NCBI GenBank assembly: GCA_009785345.1
Contig: WQWL01000003.1
Location: 17,331 to 81,330 of the forward strand
DNA: 64,000 nt
DNA from: Oscillospiraceae bacterium
GTDB lineage: Bacteria; Bacillota; Clostridia; Oscillospirales; Oscillospiraceae
Direction of reading: 5' to 3'
In this document: positions 54,660 to 62,401 of the stretch, piece after piece
Layout: each line of letters starts with the position of its first letter
Position numbering within the stretch: the stretch's first letter is position 1
The notes under the pieces: model-generated
Databases searched by the model: none
What the model was told of the DNA's origin: nothing
What the model saw: the letters and a program-made list of their open reading frames with translations, nothing else
Made by a program: the position numbers and the translations under genes

Positions 54660-57600
54660 TTATGGCTCTAAGGGCAAAGCATGACCATCCGGATTAAAGT
54701 CTACGATAAACGAAACAGAAAGCACTTCGTTTACATTACCTGGTGCATGCCAAACCACTGCATAAATTGCATGAGGGTCATTGCCAGCTCTGACCAGATT
54801 TGCAGCTCTTATGTCTGCTTCATTAAGTCTGGTTCTGCTGTCTATTCTTGTCTGTGGATTTGCCGATCCACCGCGTGGTTGTGGGAAAATCCATACGGGT
54901 GCATCCATATTATCCGGCAACGTGTATGTAACAGGAGTTTCTACTGTCCCTCTCACTGATGCGCCAATCGTAAATACTCCGTCATTATAAGAGGTTACAC
55001 GACCAACTACAAGATTTTGGCGTCCCGCAATGAAGCTCGAAGATGTGCTGTTAAACAGCCAGTTTACAGCTGCATTTACTGTACCATTTGTCCAGGTAGC
55101 CTCTCTTCGTATGCCCTGCATGGCGCTAGACATAATCAGATTTTGAGTTCCTGTTACACCATTGGCAAGTGTGAACAATGGGAAAGTCGTTCCCATATGC
55201 TCAACTACTTCGTTGACACGTATGATCTGCCCAATATTGATGTGTTCACTCTCAAGTAGTCCACCATCGCTTATTGCTGCACCGGGAGGAATGGCAATAT
55301 TTACCATGCCTCTGCCCGTAACAAATGCGGTTCCAAGAGTGTGATTTACACCACCTATTGCGATATTACCTCCGGTAACACCGGTTACCATCGCGAAAGT
55401 TCCTGTAGGAAGGAAGCATAAGCATGGGTCAAAATCACAAACGTGGCAATCGCAAGTGAATATACAGTATGCGTCGCATATTGCACATGGTCTGCATCTG
55501 TCGTTACATTCGGCTTCACAATGTGCACAAGGTACACAGTTCGCGTCACATTCCATTCCGCAGACAGGGCAAATTACGCATTCACAATTACAGACTGCAT
55601 CGCAGATGTCACATGAGTCAATAAACAGCACACAGGTTTGGCATAACTCGCATACTTCACAATCCGGAAACAGCTGGCAGCACGAATATGCAAGTGCAAC
55701 TACAGACAACTGTCTTGTGCGTGTTTCCGGATCGCCACGCCAGTCGCAGAATCCCTGTGTATCGCAGTATAGTTTGTAATACTGATACGCAGTTGTGTTA
55801 CCTAGTAAGTCAAAGACAAAGAACATGCGGTTGTAGTTGGAATAGTCATTAGTCAAACCGGTATATATGACTGTCCATGTTTCTCCGCCATCATTTGAGC
55901 CAGAGAGTGTCCAGCCGTTACCTAAACGACGACCTGGACCCATTGTACCACTATCATTCGACGTTCCGAATATCAAACGGGTTGCTACAAACGGTTCGTC
56001 ATATCTCCATATTGCCCAGAAAGAACCATGCGTATCCATATTCTGGCAGTATTTTGTAAGTGTGCCGGCAACTCCGCCACCAACGCCAGTATAGTCGAAT
56101 AATCGTGTCGCTCCTTCTGCGCCACGGGGATTAGCTGCGGTTACAGCACCAAAACCAAATCCACCGTCAACAAATGTAGGATTCATGTTTACTCTTGCAT
56201 TGACAACCGCACCGGTCGTATTCGGTCTTCCTCCACGCGCGGGGGCATGAGCTGTTGGATTACCATCTCTGTCTACAGGTCTTCCATTATGCCATGCACG
56301 TGCATTGGCGGCCTCTTCAAGAGAAGCGTAACCGAGTCTCCAATAATTTTGCAAGTCTGCACCTAACTCGGCGCTCCAGTCCAAATATTGTGCCCAAAGC
56401 TCATCAATGCTGAAACCTGTCAGTTCTATAATTTGCGGTGTCCTGTTGGCTCCCGTTCCTGTACCCTGTATGAAAGATCCCCCGCGTCCTGTGGGACCAG
56501 CGGCTGTATTCGCTCTGACTGCATTATGCAAATCGCGGTTAAAGTTGGATACATAGTTTTCCGGGAATGTTGAGGCAATTCTTGAGTCCGGATTCGTCCA
56601 ATACTCAGAATGTCTTTCAACCCATCTGAAGAAAGCCGCACCTACCCTGTATGTTTGTGTAAAGCTTTGACCCGATATTCCGAAGTCCGGGATTGTAAAT
56701 CCGGCTTCTCTGTTAAATATACCCATGTAAGGTCTTAACAAATCGGTAAAGTTCTCGTGAATCCAAATAACAACACCACTGCCTCCACCGGGAACAAGAC
56801 TTGCACCTCCATAACGTTGTCCCGCATGAACCAACTCATGTGTTTGTGCGTCCATATCCCAGTGATGTGTCGAACGCCAGCCCGGATCCGTACTTGTGAT
56901 GTAGCGATCTCCATCAGCCGTGTATGACACAATTGCACTGTGCTGTGCGCCCCTGTTAAGCCAACTGAGAGCTACACCATTGGTGTAACTTGACCACCAA
57001 GCAATACTGTCTCTCATATCAAGCTCATACCATTGTGGGCTTAGAGGTGCGGTTTTCCATTCAAATATGGGTTCAAACACTATGTTGAACGCATAGATGA
57101 ATCGGTCTATCACTTCGTCCGGTACTAATGCCCAGTTACCTACATTATTTGGAGAGCTTCCGCCTACTGTTCCTACAGGCTGCCCTCTGTCTCTACCGGG
57201 TCCAGGCATTCTGAAGTTCAAAAACAGATCTGCCGGTGAAGCATCATCTATATGCTTTCCACAACCATCGCCGTCCATACAGTATTCATAGTTGAACGTG
57301 GTAACACCAAACCTCTCACGATTTTCCCATGTTGCATTTGGAGTTTCTGCTACTGTCGGTTGTGTCCATACTGCACCAAAATCGCAGTGATGTCTGAAAG
57401 TGAATCTGAAGGGATTATACGGAACGTTATCCACGCCTGTACCACCTCTCCAGTACGTATTATGACTGAATCCCCAGTCATAGGGAGAATACCCATACGT
57501 ATACATACCCCAACAGGTATCACAGTCGGTGCATTTCATGGTTGTGTATCCCCTAGTGCCACCACCAGTGAACACAGGAAATAAATCCGGGCAATTTGCG

Positions 57601-58454
57601 CCCAGTGGGCAAAATTGTGGACATGAGAGGTAATCTCCGCCACCGCCACCTATCCGTAGAGGGTTAAGAGGGTCGACTTCACCGGATTCTAATTCCGGAG
57701 CTGGACGTGCTATATTCGTAAGTGCCGGGAAATTTTCTAAAGCATTGTCACGTCCGGCAGGAGGGAGATTCGGGTTCCAGGAAGGGTTAGGATGAATTCC
57801 CGGAGTCCAATTGTTAACACCAGTGTTATGCGGACATCTTACCGGAGTAACTCTGGTAACATGTGTACCAGCCGTTGGCGGCACAATATGTTCTACCCAG
57901 TCATGATCTACACAGCATGTGATACGAATCGCATCACGATTGATGTTAAGATTTCCCACCAATGTACTTTCGTGGCATTCTGTGAATGTCACGCCTGCTC
58001 TGACTTCAAATCTTGCATTGTTAATAATTGTTCCGTTGTTGTTAAGCCTAGAATTTGTCACATTTTCCACATGACCATTGTTTGTAAGAATTCCGCCATC
58101 AGCGATGGTGATCGTACCGCCCGAGCTTCCTTGATTATTGATGCGACCGCCCGGGAGTACTACTATTCTACCTTCGATGATGAGCTCTGCGTTACCCTGA
58201 ATATTAAGAGTTGTTTCTACATACAGCGTGCTACCTGCAGGTACTACAAACGGGCTATGCTGTACAAAGATGCCCAAGTTACCTCGAGTTGAAAGGACTG
58301 CATCACCACTTTCTAGTAGTGTACGCAGGTTGTTCGGGTTTGTGCCGGTGAATGGAATCGCTTCGGACGTAGTTTCACTTGTGTTTGCTATGGCTGTAGC
58401 CGCGAGTGAAAGCGATAATATAATGATGAGTGCAATAATTAGTATTTTTTTCAA
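54660..58454 (-). CDS. Giant secreted multidomain protein, paralog 1: N-terminal shared module, BSP-like HExxH peptidase domain, discoidin-like domain, Cys-rich array, unknown C-terminal domain
   Basis: 1264 aa. TTG start 8 nt after AAAGGAG. Signal peptide MKKILIIALIIILSLSLAATAIA. HELVH at 56826..56840 is followed by WIHENFTDLLR. The discoidin-like domain reads FWAIWRYDEP..GNGWTLSGSNDGGETW..YYKLY. Confidence 0.8.
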   Translation of the reverse strand: MKKILIIALIIILSLSLAATAIANTSETTSEAIPFTGTNPNNLRTLLESGDAVLSTRGNLGIFVQHSPFVVPAGSTLYVETTLNIQGNAELIIEGRIVVLPGGRINNQGSSGGTITIADGGILTNNGHVENVTNSRLNNNGTIINNARFEVRAGVTFTECHESTLVGNLNINRDAIRITCCVDHDWVEHIVPPTAGTHVTRVTPVRCPHNTGVNNWTPGIHPNPSWNPNLPPAGRDNALENFPALTNIARPAPELESGEVDPLNPLRIGGGGGDYLSCPQFCPLGANCPDLFPVFTGGGTRGYTTMKCTDCDTCWGMYTYGYSPYDWGFSHNTYWRGGTGVDNVPYNPFRFTFRHHCDFGAVWTQPTVAETPNATWENRERFGVTTFNYEYCMDGDGCGKHIDDASPADLFLNFRMPGPGRDRGQPVGTVGGSSPNNVGNWALVPDEVIDRFIYAFNIVFEPIFEWKTAPLSPQWYELDMRDSIAWWSSYTNGVALSWLNRGAQHSAIVSYTADGDRYITSTDPGWRSTHHWDMDAQTHELVHAGQRYGGASLVPGGGSGVVIWIHENFTDLLRPYMGIFNREAGFTIPDFGISGQSFTQTYRVGAAFFRWVERHSEYWTNPDSRIASTFPENYVSNFNRDLHNAVRANTAAGPTGRGGSFIQGTGTGANRTPQIIELTGFSIDELWAQYLDWSAELGADLQNYWRLGYASLEEAANARAWHNGRPVDRDGNPTAHAPARGGRPNTTGAVVNARVNMNPTFVDGGFGFGAVTAANPRGAEGATRLFDYTGVGGGVAGTLTKYCQNMDTHGSFWAIWRYDEPFVATRLIFGTSNDSGTMGPGRRLGNGWTLSGSNDGGETWTVIYTGLTNDYSNYNRMFFVFDLLGNTTAYQYYKLYCDTQGFCDWRGDPETRTRQLSVVALAYSCCQLFPDCEVCELCQTCVLFIDSCDICDAVCNCECVICPVCGMECDANCVPCAHCEAECNDRCRPCAICDAYCIFTCDCHVCDFDPCLCFLPTGTFAMVTGVTGGNIAIGGVNHTLGTAFVTGRGMVNIAIPPGAAISDGGLLESEHINIGQIIRVNEVVEHMGTTFPLFTLANGVTGTQNLIMSSAMQGIRREATWTNGTVNAAVNWLFNSTSSSFIAGRQNLVVGRVTSYNDGVFTIGASVRGTVETPVTYTLPDNMDAPVWIFPQPRGGSANPQTRIDSRTRLNEADIRAANLVRAGNDPHAIYAVVWHAPGNVNEVLSVSFIVDFNPDGHALPLEP

Positions 58455-58490
58455 AATGCAAAACTCCTTTCATAGGCTTCAGGTTGTCGG

Positions 58491-58519
58491 CATGATTAAC
58501 CGACAACCTGCGAAGCCGT
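58491..58519 (-). other. Stem-loop after paralog 2 (homologous to 62331..62358)
   Basis: aggttgtcgg - 9 nt - ccgacaacct. It lacks a U tract. Confidence 0.4.
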
Positions 58520-58544
58520 TTTGATTATTGATTAGTGTTTAGTA

Positions 58545-61500
58545 TTAATCGCAGGCAACACGAATAGCTCCCCGATTAATGTTAAGATTTCCTGTAACAA
58601 CGCTGTCACAGCACTCCAGGAATGTCACGCCTGTTCTGACTTCAAATCTTGCGTTGTTAATTATTGTTCCGTGATTGTTGAGTCTAGAGTTTGTCACGTT
58701 CTCTACATGACCGTTGTTGACCAGCACCCCACCATCTGCGATGGTAATTGTACCGCCTCCATTGCCGCTACCCTGATTGTTGATTCTTCCACCAGGAAGT
58801 ACTACAACACGACCCTCAATGATGAGTTCGGCATCTCGTTGTATGTTTAATGCGGTTTCAATATACAGTGTTCTGCCTGCAGGCACTGTAAATGGACTGT
58901 GCTGTGTGAAGATGCCCAAGTTACTCCGAGTTGAAAGAACCACATTGTTGCTTGCTAGCTGTGTAAGCAGATGGTTCGGATTAGTGACAGTGGAAGGAAT
59001 CGGTGGATTCTCATTTTCAGTTAGATAAATAACTGAGAGTTGAATCGCTACACTATCCGGACCTCTTGGAGCTTCAAGTCTGTAGTGTGAGAATGCTCTC
59101 ATGTTATGCGAGAAATCCACTCTAAAGAACCTGTTGTTAAAGTTTGAGTAGTCGTCAGCTAAACCTGTGTACAGAACATGCCATGTTTCACCATCGGTAG
59201 AACCGGAAACGGTCCATCCGTCGCCCATACGGCGCGGCAATGATAGATTATCATGGGTTGCGAATATAAGGCTGTCGGCTATAAATGCCTCTTCGTATCT
59301 CCACTCTACCCAGAAATCATCTGTCGTAGTTACAACTTGGAAGGCTGTGCCGTTTCCGCCTGCGGGAAGTTGCGCTGCCGGCCATCCGCTAGCGGTGAAT
59401 CTGCCTCTCGGACCACCGTCCGGATTAAATCCGGTAGCAGCACCTTGTGGACCTAATCTCCTGTCAAACAGATTGTACGCCTGCCTGTTGTGCCATGAAC
59501 CAAAGCCTGCGTTAGCCGGGTTGCTGAAATCTGCATGACCGGCAGTAAACACACCTGGTACTGGTCCATGCTCAAATATTGGGTCAAGACGTAGTGTTCT
59601 GTCGCCAACGGCTTCCGTAAGTGTATAGTAACCTGTTGCCCAACCTTCGGTGAACTCCTCGTAGCGTGCATGTTCATATATCATGAATTGTGCCCATAGC
59701 TCATGTTTGGTATAACCGGTGAGCCAGTAATACTGCCTGTGGTCTGCGAAATACATTCCCTCTTCTTTAACAGTTGAGTTCATAGCTTGTGCGAAGTGGT
59801 AGAAGTCCGGATTGCCCGTTCTTTCCCTTACAACATCTATGTATTGACTGTCAACCCAGAACCAGAACGCAGCGCCAACTCTATAAGATAGTGTCCAACC
59901 AAAGAGGTAGTGCGGGCTACCTGGCTCAAAGTAAAGAATCGGCGGATTTCTCCAGTCGGCTTGATCATTGAAGAGACCAATCCATTCTCTCATCATATCC
60001 GTCATATTTTCATGGATATGCAAGGGTACAGTGCCGCCGTAAAGCTGTGCATTGTGAATCAGCTCGTGGGTCATTGCATCGGTATCCCAAGGTTGAGCAC
60101 GCAACCATCGTTGACCGACACCGGATTGAAGACCTGATGCCCAGGCAATTGAGTTTATACCTGCGTCAAGCACGTATGTTACCGGGTTGATTGTACCGGG
60201 CAGATGAGATGGATTTGTAATAGTTTCGTCAAACATAAAGTAGCTTATAGGTACCCATAAGACATTAAAGCTATGGACAAATCTATCCATCATCGCACTT
60301 GGACCTACACCATCCCTCTCATAAATATCCGTCCATGTCAGTACTGTTGACCAAGGAAGTCTATTGGCGGGCATTGGAACCGGGTCAAGGAAGGTGTGGT
60401 AAATTTCTGATACAGGTACATATTCACCACAGGTGGTACATTCTTCCCACCACCAATAGTCCGGATTGAAGCCCATTGCTTCAACACCCGGTCCCGGGTT
60501 TTGTCTGTGATCGGGATTCTCCGGATTAATCCAGTCCCATACACCCCATCCAGCGTCGAAGCCATCTCTGGGAGCTTGCTTGAAGTTTCCTTCAAAGAAG
60601 TTTCCGCTGCCTGTGTGTCTTGCATTTGGATCAAGAGGCGTAAAGTCCCTACGGGAAGCTACATTTTCATAGCCACATGTAGTACAAACATCTGATGTAA
60701 AGCCTTGATCTCCGCATGTAGCCGGTGTGACTACCGGTGCAAACACGTGGGTACAGGTCCAGGTTTCGGATGCAATTCTGACTGATGCAAGCTGTATTAC
60801 ATTGCCCATTGCAGGGGCAGGTGACCAAAGTCTGTAATATTGATATGCTGTGGTGTTATCAGGCAAGTCTGCAACGAAGAATCTAAAGTTGTATGGTCCG
60901 GTTTCATCTCTTTCGCCTAAATGTAACAATGTCCATTCTGCTATTGGTAAGTTCGGATCATTAGTGGCTCTGAGATACCATCCTGTATTCATTCGACGGT
61001 AATCTTGACCGGCGTTTCCATGGTTATCGTTAGCATTTTGCCAGATAAAGCGAGATGCAACGACAGGCTCGGGATATCTCCACTCTGCCCAGAATAGAGC
61101 ATTCTGTGCTTGTGTGGATACGAATTTCTGGTTTTGATTATCCGTAAATAGGAATTGTGGAGGCTCACCAGCGGGGAAGCCAGTAGCCGGACCGCGATGG
61201 AATGCATGACCGTGCACCAAAGTATGGCTGCCCACGGCTTCTGCAAGGGTCATATAACCTGTAGCGTGATCAGGCTCTCCGCCAGCGCCCCTTAATAGTC
61301 TCCAGGCATCTTCAAGTGAAGCACCGATTCTACTATAGAAGAAACCAGCTCTTAGATCATCACATACCCAGGTGGTCATGTTGGTGCCGCCGTGTCTTAA
61401 AGGATAAGTACCAAGGCGTGCATGTTGAGCCATATCCCGGATTGCATTTACACCATATTCGCCAAATTCTTGGGCAATGAATATGAGCAATTGTGCTCCA

Positions 61501-62186
61501 GATGCATCGGCTAGTGGGTTTGTAGTTGCTCCTGCGGGCACCCAGTTTCCTTGCTCTACATACTGACCAAAGTGCACTCTTCCGAATACGCGAAGACCAT
61601 TAGTAATCCATGACGGGAATGTTCCAACTCCGCCGGGGGTAGGATATGGAGCACCCTGCGCCAATTGAACAAGACCGGGAATAATAATGTCTGTGTTATA
61701 TGCATTTGCACCGGAGATTTGAGCAAGTGTAACGCCTACACGTCCGTAGCCCGGTGTTGGGTTACCGGCGGCACCTGGAAGCACAACGGTAGTGTTGCCT
61801 AATACTATTCTTACAGGGAATCTTACACCGTCGCCATAAAATGCGACAATTTCTGCCCAAACTGCTGCAAACGTCGATTCAATACGTTCTACAACATAGG
61901 TATCAACGGTATCCCATGCGCCTTCAAGTGTAAGGTATGGCAAGGGTCCATCAAAGGCATCCGGGTTCTCTGTGTCATCCGTGTCATCTGCATCATCAAG
62001 TGTTAACGGATATTCAGAGTCTTCTGGGGAAGGGTACTGTGAGTAATTTTCTGCCAGGTCTTCGTCTGAAGTTTCATCATAATATGCAAAAGCAGTCAAA
62101 AATGAAAACATCAATGAGAAAACCAGTAAAACTGATAATACATTTCTAAGTTTCTTGCGAGATTCGGCAAATATTTTTCCTGTCAT
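58545..62186 (-). CDS. Giant secreted multidomain protein, paralog 2: degenerate BSP-like domain, discoidin-like, Cys-pair linker, active-looking BSP-like HExxH domain, discoidin-like, C-terminal shared module
   Basis: 1213 aa counted from the ATG at 62186 (MTGKIF.., SD GAGAGG). The hydrophobic signal region is LSVLLVFSLMFSFLTAFA. HELIH at 60054..60068 is followed by HIHENMTDMMRE. Confidence 0.8.
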   Translation of the reverse strand: MTGKIFAESRKKLRNVLSVLLVFSLMFSFLTAFAYYDETSDEDLAENYSQYPSPEDSEYPLTLDDADDTDDTENPDAFDGPLPYLTLEGAWDTVDTYVVERIESTFAAVWAEIVAFYGDGVRFPVRIVLGNTTVVLPGAAGNPTPGYGRVGVTLAQISGANAYNTDIIIPGLVQLAQGAPYPTPGGVGTFPSWITNGLRVFGRVHFGQYVEQGNWVPAGATTNPLADASGAQLLIFIAQEFGEYGVNAIRDMAQHARLGTYPLRHGGTNMTTWVCDDLRAGFFYSRIGASLEDAWRLLRGAGGEPDHATGYMTLAEAVGSHTLVHGHAFHRGPATGFPAGEPPQFLFTDNQNQKFVSTQAQNALFWAEWRYPEPVVASRFIWQNANDNHGNAGQDYRRMNTGWYLRATNDPNLPIAEWTLLHLGERDETGPYNFRFFVADLPDNTTAYQYYRLWSPAPAMGNVIQLASVRIASETWTCTHVFAPVVTPATCGDQGFTSDVCTTCGYENVASRRDFTPLDPNARHTGSGNFFEGNFKQAPRDGFDAGWGVWDWINPENPDHRQNPGPGVEAMGFNPDYWWWEECTTCGEYVPVSEIYHTFLDPVPMPANRLPWSTVLTWTDIYERDGVGPSAMMDRFVHSFNVLWVPISYFMFDETITNPSHLPGTINPVTYVLDAGINSIAWASGLQSGVGQRWLRAQPWDTDAMTHELIHNAQLYGGTVPLHIHENMTDMMREWIGLFNDQADWRNPPILYFEPGSPHYLFGWTLSYRVGAAFWFWVDSQYIDVVRERTGNPDFYHFAQAMNSTVKEEGMYFADHRQYYWLTGYTKHELWAQFMIYEHARYEEFTEGWATGYYTLTEAVGDRTLRLDPIFEHGPVPGVFTAGHADFSNPANAGFGSWHNRQAYNLFDRRLGPQGAATGFNPDGGPRGRFTASGWPAAQLPAGGNGTAFQVVTTTDDFWVEWRYEEAFIADSLIFATHDNLSLPRRMGDGWTVSGSTDGETWHVLYTGLADDYSNFNNRFFRVDFSHNMRAFSHYRLEAPRGPDSVAIQLSVIYLTENENPPIPSTVTNPNHLLTQLASNNVVLSTRSNLGIFTQHSPFTVPAGRTLYIETALNIQRDAELIIEGRVVVLPGGRINNQGSGNGGGTITIADGGVLVNNGHVENVTNSRLNNHGTIINNARFEVRTGVTFLECCDSVVTGNLNINRGAIRVACD

Positions 62187-62330
62187 TTGTTGAAAACCTC
62201 TCAAAATTATATTCCTCGTAGTAAGGACTTTATTTCATGATAGTTCCTTAGGAGCGAGGTCTCCTCTTGTTGCTGCATTAATTATGTGCAACATGGGTAA
62301 ACGGTTCATCAAGTTCTTTGAAGATGCCTG

Positions 62331-62358
62331 GGTTGCCGGTATTATTTGACCGGCAACC
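62331..62358 (-). other. Stem-loop after paralog 3
   Basis: ggttgccgg - 10 nt - ccggcaacc. Confidence 0.4.
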
Positions 62359-62401
62359 TCGGCACAATCGTACGTTTGTGAAGCGTGCTCGCGGAGCATA
62401 T

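Noticed and set aside
58521-58545. gattattgattagtgtttagtattaatc could be another end of foldback family C.
   Set aside because: Only scattered short matches (gattagt, tagtatta) in AT-rich sequence. I could not make a convincing alignment.
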